Virus record (IMG/VR): IMGVR_UViG_3300025099_000001
Span: 1,605 to 65,604 of that record
Origin: a virus
Taxonomy: Duplodnaviria; Caudoviricetes
Strand: one strand, 5' to 3'
Length of the DNA: 64,000 nt
Below the pieces are notes generated by a model. It did not search any database, had not been told where the DNA came from, and worked only from the letters and a program-made list of their open reading frames with translations. Both the position numbers and the translations under genes were made by a program. The first letter of the stretch is position 1; each line of letters starts with the position of its first letter. This document shows positions 47,117 through 58,200 of this stretch, in pieces.

Positions 47117-49510
47117 GAAATGGAAATAACAATATTTAAGGACATAAAAAATACTGATCAACCTTTTTATAGAGAAGTAGAAATAACGTTAGAAAGAATT
47201 GAAAAAGGTAATTCAGCTGATATAGTAAAACAAGTAAGAGCTGAAAAAGACAAAGAAAAAAGAAACGAATTAAAAAAATTATTACCAGCTATATGTTTTA
47301 GTGGTAAGTTTTTAAAAAGAAATGACAAATCTTTAATTGAACATAGTGGACTTATATGTTTAGATTTTGATGGATACAAGACTAATAAAGAGTTATTACA
47401 AGAAAAAGAAAAGTTAACAAAAAACAAGTTTGTTTTTAGTGTATTTGTTTCTCCAAGTGGTAAAGGACTTAAAGCATTAGTTAAGATTCCATCTTTAGTA
47501 GAAAATCATAAAAGGTATTTTAAATCATTACAAAAATATTTAGATTCACCTTATTTTGATTCAACATCACAAAACGTTTCACGTGTATGTTATGAAAGTT
47601 ATGATCCTCTTATTTATGTAAATAAAACCTCAAGTATATGGGATAAAATAGAAGAGGCTGAGTTTGTTGAGGTAAATAAAAAAATAGATAAGCCTACTAT
47701 TCCAATAACAGATGAAAATAAAATTGTTGATATTTTAGTTAAATGGTGGGAGAAAAAATATGGATTAAAAAATGGAGAAAGAAATAATAATGTATACATT
47801 CTTGCTGCTGCATTTAATGATTTTGGAGTACCTCAAAATTTAGCTGAGTATGTTATGGGTAATTTTGATTCTAAAGATTTTAATATAAATGAAATAAAAA
47901 GAACAATTCAATCTGCATATGCAAACACACAAAATTTTGGAACAAAATATTATGAAGACGAAGACAGAGTTAATTTAGTAAAACAGCAATTAAGACGTGG
48001 AGTGCCAAAAAAAGAAATACGATGTCAATTAGAAGACGAAAATATTGATGTCGTAGATATTGAAAACGTAATGGTTCGTCTGGAAGAAGAACAAGCAGTA
48101 AGACAATTTTGGACAAAAAATGATAAAGGTGTTGTAAAAATTACTCATATATTATTTAAAAACTTTTTAGAAGATAATGGATTTTATAAATTTAATCCTG
48201 AAGGAAGTAAGAATTATGTTTTTGTTAGAGTTACAAACAATCTTATTGATCATACATCTGAAAAAGAAATAAAAGATTTTGTTTTAGATTATTTATTAAC
48301 TATAGATGACTTGTCGGTATACAATTATTTTGCTGAAAAAACCAAATACTTTAGGGAAGAATTTTTAACTCTTTTAGCATCTATAAATGTTTTTTTTATT
48401 GAAGACACAAAGACGACTGCTTATTTATATTATATGAATTGTGCAGTTAAAATTACTGTTAATGAAATTACTTTAATAGACTACATTGATTTAGGTGGTT
48501 ATGTATGGAGAGATCATGTTATAGATAGAAATTTTACTATGTGTAAGGTTGGTAAATGTGATTATAAAACTTTTATATCTAATATTTGTGGTGAGGATAG
48601 GAGCAGAATAGATTCTATGGAGTCTACTATAGGTTATTTATTACACGGTTGGAAAAATTTATCTTACTGTCCTGCTGTTATTTTAAATGACGAAGTTATC
48701 TCTGATAACCCTGAGGGAGGTACGGGTAAAGGTTTGTTTATGAATGGTTTATCTCATATGAAAAAAAATGTAACAATAGATGGAAAATCATTTGCTTTTG
48801 AAAGATCTTTTGCATATCAATTAGTTTCTGCCGACACACAGATATTGTGTTTTGATGACGTAAAAAAATCATTTGATTTTGAAAGATTGTTTTCTGTTAT
48901 TACTGAAGGATTAACTTTAGAAAAGAAAAATAAAGATGCAATTAAAATACCTTTTTCTAAATCACCTAAAGTAGCATTAACAACTAACTATGCGATAAAA
49001 GGTAAAGGTTCTTCATTTGAAAGAAGAAAGTGGGAGTTAGAGCTTGCACAACACTATACTAAAGAGTTTACACCTTTAGTAGAGTTTGGTAAGCTAATGT
49101 TTGGTGAATGGGATGATAACGAATGGTGTCAATTTGATAATTATATGATACAAAACCTACAAATTTATTTAAATAAGGGCTTACTTAAAAGTCAGTTTGT
49201 AAATTTAAAAATTAGAAAATTATCAGCAGAAACTTGTCATGAGTTTATAGAATGGTGTGGCTTAATTGGAGGTAGTCAGCCTAATGAAATGTTAAAACCT
49301 AACATAAGAATATTTAAACAAGATTTGTATGAAGACTTTATACATGAGCATCCTGATTTTGCTCCTAAATCAAAATTTACTATATCACGTAACAAATTTT
49401 GGTCCTGGATAAGATCTTATTCAATATTTAAATATAATATAGAATTTATAGAGGGTAGAAATATGAACGGTAGGTACATTGAATTTAAAACAGATGATGA
49501 TGAAATTTAG
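47114..49510 (+). CDS. Primase-helicase (VirE-N/BT4734-like primase, PriCT, SF3-like helicase)
   Basis: LKKLLPAICFSG..HSGLICLDFD..SPSGKGLK; GERNN; Walker A GGTGKG, Walker B ILCFDD. Confidence 0.8.
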   Translation: MEMEITIFKDIKNTDQPFYREVEITLERIEKGNSADIVKQVRAEKDKEKRNELKKLLPAICFSGKFLKRNDKSLIEHSGLICLDFDGYKTNKELLQEKEKLTKNKFVFSVFVSPSGKGLKALVKIPSLVENHKRYFKSLQKYLDSPYFDSTSQNVSRVCYESYDPLIYVNKTSSIWDKIEEAEFVEVNKKIDKPTIPITDENKIVDILVKWWEKKYGLKNGERNNNVYILAAAFNDFGVPQNLAEYVMGNFDSKDFNINEIKRTIQSAYANTQNFGTKYYEDEDRVNLVKQQLRRGVPKKEIRCQLEDENIDVVDIENVMVRLEEEQAVRQFWTKNDKGVVKITHILFKNFLEDNGFYKFNPEGSKNYVFVRVTNNLIDHTSEKEIKDFVLDYLLTIDDLSVYNYFAEKTKYFREEFLTLLASINVFFIEDTKTTAYLYYMNCAVKITVNEITLIDYIDLGGYVWRDHVIDRNFTMCKVGKCDYKTFISNICGEDRSRIDSMESTIGYLLHGWKNLSYCPAVILNDEVISDNPEGGTGKGLFMNGLSHMKKNVTIDGKSFAFERSFAYQLVSADTQILCFDDVKKSFDFERLFSVITEGLTLEKKNKDAIKIPFSKSPKVALTTNYAIKGKGSSFERRKWELELAQHYTKEFTPLVEFGKLMFGEWDDNEWCQFDNYMIQNLQIYLNKGLLKSQFVNLKIRKLSAETCHEFIEWCGLIGGSQPNEMLKPNIRIFKQDLYEDFIHEHPDFAPKSKFTISRNKFWSWIRSYSIFKYNIEFIEGRNMNGRYIEFKTDDDEI

Positions 49511-50735
49511 AGATTATCAATCAGAGATAATAAAAAAAGCTACTGATATATTTATGTATGGTTATAGTAATTTTGTTTACTTAGCTATGGAAGTTAGGAC
49601 AGGCAAAACACTGACTGCATTAGGAATTTGTTCTGAACTTAACGCAAAGAATGTTTTGTTTATTACAAAGAAAAAAGCTATTTCAAGTATTGAGCATGAT
49701 TTTTATTTACTTAAACCTCCCTACTATTTGGAAGTTATAAACTATGAATCTCTACATAAAATACCACAAACAAATTGGGATGCGGTTATTTGTGATGAAG
49801 CACATTCATTAGGGGCGTTCCCAAAGCCTAATAAAAGAGCTAAACAAGTAAAAGAAATATTAAGAAGATCAGCACCCTATGTTTTGTTTTTATCAGGTAC
49901 ACCAACACCTGAGTCTTACAGTCAAATGTATCATCAAGTATACGGAGTAGCTGGTAATCCGTTTTATAAATATAAAAACTTTTATGCTTTTGCTAAAACT
50001 CATGTAAACGTTACTCAGCGTAAAATAAATAGTATGATGATTAATGACTACTCAAAAGGATTAAAGTCCATTATAGAGGCTGTAAACCCCTTTAAAATAA
50101 ATTATACTCAACGTTCTGCAGGGTTTAAAACACAAACAGAAGAAAAAATATTATATGTAGAGTTAAATGAGCCAACAAAAAATTTAATAAAAAGATTAAA
50201 AAGAGACAGAGTTGTAGAAGGTGATGGCGAAATATTATTAGGAGACACAGGTGTTAAGCTTATGTCAAAAGTTCATCAACTTTGCTCAGGTACTGTAAAG
50301 TTTGAAAGCGGTAACGCTTTAACTATAGATTATAGTAAAGTACATTTTATAAAAAAATACTTTAAAGGTAAAAAAATAGCTATATTCTATAAATTTACAC
50401 AAGAGTACAAGGCATTAAAAGAAATTTATGGTGACGAATTAACTAATGACTTAGAAGAATTTAAAAGTACAGATAAATGCATAGCACTACAAATAGTTGC
50501 AGGGAGAGAAGGCGTTAGTTTAAAAGAGGCAGAAGCTCTGGTATACTATAATATTGATTTTAGTGCTACTTCTTATTTTCAAAGTCGTGATCGTATGACT
50601 ACAAAAGATAGAAAGTACAATAAAATTTATTGGATTTTTAGTAATAAAGGAATTGAAAATGATATCTACAAAGCTGTAGTAAAAAAGAAAGATTATACGC
50701 TATCACACTTTAAAAGAGATTCATTAGATTTGTAA
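49494..50735 (+). CDS. Superfamily 2 (SNF2-like) helicase
   Basis: FRDYQ, RTGKT, ICDEAH, LSGTP, QSRDR motifs. Confidence 0.85.
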   Translation: MMMKFRDYQSEIIKKATDIFMYGYSNFVYLAMEVRTGKTLTALGICSELNAKNVLFITKKKAISSIEHDFYLLKPPYYLEVINYESLHKIPQTNWDAVICDEAHSLGAFPKPNKRAKQVKEILRRSAPYVLFLSGTPTPESYSQMYHQVYGVAGNPFYKYKNFYAFAKTHVNVTQRKINSMMINDYSKGLKSIIEAVNPFKINYTQRSAGFKTQTEEKILYVELNEPTKNLIKRLKRDRVVEGDGEILLGDTGVKLMSKVHQLCSGTVKFESGNALTIDYSKVHFIKKYFKGKKIAIFYKFTQEYKALKEIYGDELTNDLEEFKSTDKCIALQIVAGREGVSLKEAEALVYYNIDFSATSYFQSRDRMTTKDRKYNKIYWIFSNKGIENDIYKAVVKKKDYTLSHFKRDSLDL

Positions 50736-50736
50736 A

Positions 50737-50979
50737 ATGACAGAGAATCAAATCCAATTGAAAAGAATAAAACAATTGGAAGAGATGGGTTATTATGTAA
50801 TTAAATTAACTGTAACAAACAAGAACGGAATACCTGATTTAATAGCTATACCAAAAGACTCAGATGTTTTGTTTTCGGAAATAAAAAAACCAAGAGGTAA
50901 AGTGTCTGCTATACAGCAGTTTAGAATAAAACAATTAAATGATCATGGAATTAAAACAGAAATCTACAGAGGCGATTAA
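50737..50979 (+). CDS. VRR-NUC nuclease / Holliday junction resolvase-like
   Basis: TENQIQ..GIPDLI..FSEIK..SAIQ. Confidence 0.8.
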   Translation: MTENQIQLKRIKQLEEMGYYVIKLTVTNKNGIPDLIAIPKDSDVLFSEIKKPRGKVSAIQQFRIKQLNDHGIKTEIYRGD

Positions 50980-51283
50980 ATGGAGTGTTGAAGATCATTT
51001 TATAGAAAACTTACAAGAAGAATTTAAAATAGTAAGAGCTGTAAAAATAGCAAACTTCATACAAAAAAATTTACCTGAAATGCCAAAAAATAATCTTACA
51101 TCACAGATTTTAGGCGGATGTATTGTTGATATTGACAAATCTCTTATAACTTTTGCTATTGAAATTATTCGTGAAGATAAAGGTCCTACTATCTTAAGCG
51201 ACATAACAATGATATCTATGGATGAGTATTTAGACTTACGACTTTTAAATTGTTATATAAAAAATCCTGAAGAATTAGGATAA
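50945..51283 (+). CDS. Hypothetical protein
   Basis: About 112-aa ORF continuing the operon. Confidence 0.55.
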   Translation: MELKQKSTEAIKWSVEDHFIENLQEEFKIVRAVKIANFIQKNLPEMPKNNLTSQILGGCIVDIDKSLITFAIEIIREDKGPTILSDITMISMDEYLDLRLLNCYIKNPEELG

Positions 51284-51321
51284 GTCACATTTTTTTTTAT
51301 ATTTGATAAAATCAAGTATAA

Positions 51322-51513
51322 ATGTCCCGAATTGCACGTGAAGATAAATCTACAATAAGTCATATAAATTATGTGACTGATCGTATACATGGCTTTGGAG
51401 ACGAGCTGTATGAGGATTTGATGGAACGTGAACACCAAAAAGCTAAAGAAAAAGCACAAGATTTAATGAAGGTATTAGCTGACTTAATCAACTCCCTGAC
51501 TGATGAAATCTAA
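51322..51513 (+). CDS. Hypothetical protein
   Basis: 63 aa; preceded by TATATTTG at 51298-51305. Confidence 0.6.
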   Translation: MSRIAREDKSTISHINYVTDRIHGFGDELYEDLMEREHQKAKEKAQDLMKVLADLINSLTDEI

Positions 51514-51543
51514 TATAATACAAACAATAATAATCTGGCCATC

Positions 51544-51939
51544 ATGAACAAAGAACGAGCAAAAGAATTAGACGTGTTCTGCAAAACAGTTGCAGAAAGA
51601 TTTTCAAACAAAACAAGACAAGGTAATATTAATAATGAAACATTTAGTGTAGATGAAATTATACCTACATCAGATGATTCAGCTGTGGTAAACTTTAAAA
51701 AAAATACAGGTAAATTAGCTGTAGCTTTTTGTTACTATATAAATAGAGGTAGGTCTAAAGGGTGGAAATATTTTTTTCCAACTGATGCTCACACCGTAGG
51801 CATGAACGCTTTTTCATTCTATAAGTTAGAGGCCGAAAGAAAAAATTACAAGAAGAATTTTGAGAATGATTTAATCTCTCAATATAATAGAAATAGAAGC
51901 CATAGTGATCATATAACATCTCTTGACGAAATTAATTAA
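51544..51939 (+). CDS. Hypothetical protein
   Basis: 131-aa ORF, last plus-strand gene. Confidence 0.65.
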   Translation: MNKERAKELDVFCKTVAERFSNKTRQGNINNETFSVDEIIPTSDDSAVVNFKKNTGKLAVAFCYYINRGRSKGWKYFFPTDAHTVGMNAFSFYKLEAERKNYKKNFENDLISQYNRNRSHSDHITSLDEIN

Positions 51940-52201
51940 ATAAAGATTGTTTTAGTTTTTCTTGGATTTCCAGTATTTCAGCACACTTTTCATACTCTTC
52001 AGTATAGATAAAATAATTAATAAGCTCACCATATATAGGGTCGTTGTGTCTTAATTTTTCTTTATTAGGATCATGTAAAAACCATAACTCATCCTCTGTA
52101 TCTAAAAAATCTATTAAACTTCTTTTCCCTGTAATTAGTTCATAGGTGTTGTTAAAACACTTGTCTTCATCAAAATTATTCTTCTCCATATATTTGCTCA
52201 T
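51932..52201 (-). CDS. Small protein with UVR-like C-terminal motif
   Basis: YFIYTEEYEKCAEILE resembles a UVR motif. Confidence 0.55.
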   Translation of the reverse strand: MSKYMEKNNFDEDKCFNNTYELITGKRSLIDFLDTEDELWFLHDPNKEKLRHNDPIYGELINYFIYTEEYEKCAEILEIQEKLKQSLFN

Positions 52202-55200
52202 ACATTTCAGGGTTAGTACGTTTCATTTCTGACTTACTCATTTTCTTACTACTATTTTTTAATTTTTTATTTTCTTGTATTTGCCGATACAAATCAGGAT
52301 TAGTTTGTTTTATATACTTCATATCTTCAGAACTATAAGCAGTCCCTGTTCCTGGACGATAGGACGGGCTAATACCAAATATATCATAAAATGCTTCGTT
52401 CTTGTCCTTACCTTGTCCTGCAAAATAATTATACATTCCTACAAAAGGATCAACCTGTGCTCCTAATAAAATCTCTACTAATGGCCTTAGACTTTTATCA
52501 ACTCTTCCATCTTTTAATCCTTTATTTACTTTTCTCATAACAGACTTGATAGGATTTACAACATCATCAGCATATCCTGAAGACTTACCTAAAGCTCTGT
52601 TTCTTGTTTCTTGTACTGCTGCACCAAAAAAAGGTATTTGATAAAGTAAGTTTAAACCATACATAGCTTCTTTTAATCTGTCCATAGCTTCTTCTTCGTC
52701 TTTATCATTACCCATAAATTTAAACATATTTGCTGCCAAAGCAAACATTACGTTAGCACCTGCAAAGTTTAAAACAAAAGCTCTTATGTCTTGTCTTCTT
52801 GGGGCTTTTTTACGAAATATAGCTCCCATAATATTACTTGTAGAACTCATAACTTTATTTATTTGTAAAAACAACGTACTACCAAACATAGTAAAAGCTC
52901 TTGTCATTTCATTTTGACTTTGCTGTAAAGGAATTTTATCTGTCTCTCTTCTTGACTGCTGAGTTGCATTATAATTATTAAAAGCTTCAGCCGCTTTAGC
53001 TTTGGACATTCCATTTGCAATATTAGCTTCGTAATTTACCATATAACCCATGACACCCATAATATCTCCCATTACCGTAGGCATAGCTGCACCTTTTTGA
53101 AACAGTGTAATAATTTTATTTTTAAAAGCTTTATAATCTTTTTCATTCAAAGCTTGTCTTAAATCTTTAATTCTTCTTTCAATTGGAGCTGTAGTTCTAC
53201 TTCCTGTTTCCAATCTGTATAAGTCTCCTTCTAATCCTTTACGCAAACGGTCTCTAAAGTCTGGAGATATTTCTTGTGCCAATTTCATGTAGTAAGGCAG
53301 CCTTGCAACAACTTTAGCCATACCAATCATAAAACCACCTGCACCACCCTTACCTTTATATTCTTCAAAGGCATTAACAAAAGATGTTGATTGTTTTAAT
53401 AATTGAATTGCTTTAAATGATAAAGCAAAACCTGTAAATTTACGTTGCAGTTTTGCAAGAACACCTTGATCCTTTACTCCCATAGATGGGTTTATAGCTA
53501 AATTTACTGATTCGTTTACTCTATCAGCAATACCTAAACGTGTTAGTAAAGTATTTACAGCAGGAACATTAAAAACTGCTTGTAAATTTTTTACTCCTAA
53601 TGCATAAGCCTTATATCTTTCCATTTGTGCAACATGGTTTTCTAAAGTTTCTACAAAATCAGGACCTGGATCTATTTCTCCAAACTCGTCTGTTCTTTCT
53701 TTTAATGACGGAGCAGTCTCAGCACTAAATACTTTTGAAAAATTACCACCCTTTATTAAATCTTGAGTTACATTTGAAGCTGATATACTTTTTGTAGGAA
53801 AATAGTTTTCTACAAAACCTAAATCAGTATAGTTAGCTTGTTTATATATATTGTTTATACTATTAAAGTAATCTGTACTTAACCAGTTTACAATTTTATC
53901 TACAAACTCTACAGCATCTGTTCCTATGGCTCCTTCTATTTGTGATATTTGATATTGGCCGAATCCTGAGTTTTCTAATTTTATTCTTTGAGTTTCGTTT
54001 TTACTTAAAGCGTATATTCTCATTAACTGTGTAACACTAAATACTTCTTGTGCTTTCCCTGTGGCTTTATTAATATATTTTGTATCTCCAAAGTCTATTT
54101 TTACAGGCTCAAATGGTAATTTTTGTTTTAAATCTTGATAGCTTTCTATACCTTCAATACTTGCGGCAATAGAATTTATCATTGTCTGTGCATTATAATA
54201 TCCTCTCAAGGCTTTAGTATGCATTCTATTTAATCCTTGATAAACAGTATCGTAGAAAAATGTATTTTTTAAATTTACATTATCTAAAATATTCATTAGA
54301 GTTCCTAAATGAGAAAGTCTGTTTCGTAAATAAGCACGTATACCTACTGTAGATGTAAATTTAAATTGATTAAAAAAGTTATTAATTTTACTTCTTGTGT
54401 CTCCTAAAAATCCTTCTTTATCTAAAGCATCAAAGTCTCTTTTATTTTTTAACTCTCCCTTACCATCATCATTAAACATTTCAGGATAGTTTTGTCTTAT
54501 TTGATTAGTTGCTGATTCAAAAATTTCATTATTAACTTCAGCTCGTTCTAATCTTGCCATATTTAACATAGCAATAGATTCTTTTTTAGCATCTTTCATT
54601 TTCTCTAATATATCAGTAACGGCCTCTAAGTCTAAGTTATATATATTATTAAATGTATCAAAAGCTAAAACACGAGCTAACAAGGTTTGTTCTCTTAAAG
54701 TAAGAGGTTCACCTCTTTTTTGTTTCTCTAATGTTATTTGAGTTTCTTGTTGATTAGAATCAATTAATGCAGAAATTGATAATAGCTTTTCTCCTCTGGA
54801 AACATTGTCTGGTGTCAAGGCAGCTTGTAACACTGATCTTACTTCTTTAAAAAATGCAACGCCTCCACCTTCTATGTTGGACGCTATTGGCCTTGATGAT
54901 TTAGTAGAAGCAGACTTGGCTAATTTACTAACCATAGCTTTTATCTCTTTAATCTTTTTTATCTTAACTTGTTTTCTTTTTCTTTCAACTGCGTTAAATA
55001 TTTTTTCACCTACAGACAAAATAGAATCAGGTCCTGCTGTTATAATTTTGTTTAGCATTCTATCTAATTCTGCCTTAGTAAACGTAGCTTCTTTTGGCAC
55101 GTACTTTCTAATTAATTGCTTTAACTGAAGTTGTATTTTTCTTAAATCTCTTTGTCCTTGTTTTTTTATAAACAAGTCTCTTTTCAAACGGCTAATACGT

Positions 55201-58200
55201 TTACTTATCTCTACACTTTGTACTTTACCTAACACACCTTTATAAGATATTTCTATGTTGTTTTGTATGTTTTTATCTTGTGCTTTAAATATGTCATTGT
55301 TTCTTAATATTTCAAAAGCTTTCTTTTCAGTTTGTATACGAGTAGCATCAGGCTTTTCTACTAAAAATTTATTTAACTCATATGATATTTGATTAAATAA
55401 AGTTTGACCTTCACTTATACCACCGTTTACTAATTGAAACTCCATTGGTATATCAGTAAAAGCTCCTTCTTTTTGTTCTAATGCAGCACGAGCTTCGTCT
55501 GTAGATAGTTTTCTGTTGTTGCGTAAATATTCAAATATAGCTGCCTCACTATAGTCTAATCCTCTTGCTTTAGCAACCACATCATTTATAGTATCTTGTT
55601 TGTTAAATATTCTTTTCTCTTGTGTTTCTCCTGTATACACTGATGTCTTGTCTGGTGCTTTATAACTACCCTCTACAACAGACACATTACGAACTGCGTA
55701 ATCTTTTCCTGATTTTTGCACAAGAACTTTACTTCCCGACTCTCTGTTTTGTGGTAAATGTAGTATTGGTTTACTACCGTCCTTTAATGATATATGAAAT
55801 GGATAGCTTGGGTGTGTATCTTTCTTGACTTCTACAGGACCATTAATTTCAACTATAGCATATATATCTCCCGTATTTAATCCTTTAGTTAATTTTTCAG
55901 CTGCCACTTGAGCAAGTAAGTCAACTAATGCTTGAGAACCAGGTTTTCCTGAAACTAATTTAGTTGTACCTTTACCAACTGATCTTGATTTGTCACCTCC
56001 TAAAAACTCAGCTATAGCAGCTTGGTCTTCTTTAGGTAGGTTTTTAGCTATTTCACCTACAATATCTTTAACCACAAATCCTCTTTTTTCAAACGTAGTA
56101 GTGTTTGGATTAGTAAAATATTTTTGTATATCAGTTTTTAAATCTCTGGCACTTTGTCTTAAATTTATAGTACCACCTGCTTTTTTTACAGCTGAAGAAA
56201 CTGCAGTTCTAAAATTAGATGCAGATATTAATTTTTTATCTAACATAGTATTTAGAATAGCTAAAGTAGAGTTAACACCTGAAGCACTACTGACTAATTT
56301 TGAGTCTGTTCCTTTTGTTAAAGTTAAAAAAGCCCTACCTCCATTTGCTTTTAATTGTTCATTTAATCCTCTCGCTATAGAGTTTGCTGTTCCTTTTTTT
56401 CCCGATGCCCAAACATCGCCAAATTTAGTTACAAAAAACACACCACCTTCTCCTTCAAAAATAACCTTACCATTAAACTTTATTTCACCTGCAAGCATAT
56501 CATCAGGAGATGTAATTACCGTTTCAAAACCTTCTAAGAAATTTACATTTTTAGGTTGAGTAACTAAACCTTTTTTAATCATTTCTGCAATACTATCTTG
56601 CTGGGTGTAGCTTACTTCAAACCCACCTACAACCATTGTTTTTAAAGCAGTTGATGGATTTTTTACTTCTTTACCACCTGCAAATAAATCAAGTTGTTTT
56701 ACATCTGACTTAGTAATTGTTTCTCCTGTTTGTACTTTACCTGCTACTACGTTTAATAAATCAATCAAAGCCTTATCAGTTCCAATAACATCTTCTGCTG
56801 TAAGCCCTAATAAATTACTTAGTTTGCTTATAAACCTTTTTATAATAGATTTTTGAGGTGCTTTTAAAGATGTATAGTTATTTGACAAATAACTAAAGAT
56901 TTCAGCCATATATTCTTCATTTGCATATGCTAATCTTGACGCATCATCTTTATTTCTTTCTTTATATAACGCAATATATTCGTCAATTTTCTTTTTTATT
57001 TCAGGGTCTAAATCAGCCTTTGCAAGAGCCTTCATCATTCTGTCTGTTAAAACTGCTATTTTACTTTCTGACCCTAATTTGTTTCTAAGTATAGCATGAA
57101 ATATTTCATGACTTAATACACGATCATTTGCAAGTTCAGCATTAATATGAATTACATTATCACCTCTAAAAACACCAGCAGACCTACCTTTTGGATTCCC
57201 AATAGCATTCATATAGTCTACCTCATTCTCATGTATTACTACCATCACATCAGGAAGTAATTTTTTTAATGCAGCTAAAGCTCTTTTAGCAGGTTTTATA
57301 AATTTTTCTGAGTTTATTCTTTTTGATTTGTCTGACTCGTTTACATAAGCGTTAGGTGCTATAGCTTTAAGTTCTTTTATTTTCGTTTTCTTTTGCGTGT
57401 CTTTTTTCTGTTGCTCAACTTTGTCTTTGACTTTCTTTCTGGTAGGCTTTTTACGTCCAGTGTTTCGTTTAGAAACTTTTGAAATAGGCTTGGCTTGTTT
57501 TTTGCCATCCACCTTAGTTGTGCTTTGCTTTGTAGTGGCATCGGGTTTAGTTTTTAATTCAGTTGGTGCTGTTAATTTAATAATACTTTTATCTAATACA
57601 ATAGTTTCAGGTGCTATAGGATTTGTAACCACAATAGCATCGTGGCCTGCTTCTATAATAGGTTTTAGTTTTTCTACTGTCCATACATCAGATTTTTCTA
57701 CTTTATACGGATTCTTTGGTGTAATTGTTGCTGTAAATTTATTACGAGTACCATCCGCTTTATACGTTCCTGCTCTATTAGCAGGACCAAAAAAGGCTAA
57801 GTTTGCAGGTGCAGGACCAAAAGTGGTATTGTTAGTGTTTTCAAAATCTAATGGTGCAAACAAATCTTGCTCAGACTCTTCACCGTATCTAATCATTGCC
57901 TCACCTTCATCTACTTTTTCTCCTACTACTTCTCCTTGTTCATTTGTAACTGTCTCTTCTGTATCTAATGCTACAGCTTCGGCTAAGTCTTGTGCTTCTT
58001 CTTTAGTTTCAGGAGTAGCTGTAATTTCTGTTTCTGTTTCTGTTTCTGTTTCAGCTACTTTTGCGGCAGCATCTCTTTTATCTTTTGCTACTAAATTTCT
58101 TGCATAAGCTCTTTCTTCTGAAGTAGCTGTATCAGTATTGGGTTTTAATTCTTTTAACTTTTTATCTATTTCTTCTTCAGTTATTTCTGTTTCTTCAACT

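Noticed and set aside
58025-58054. TTTCTG hexamer tandem repeat
   Set aside because: Simply encodes an ETETET low-complexity linker.
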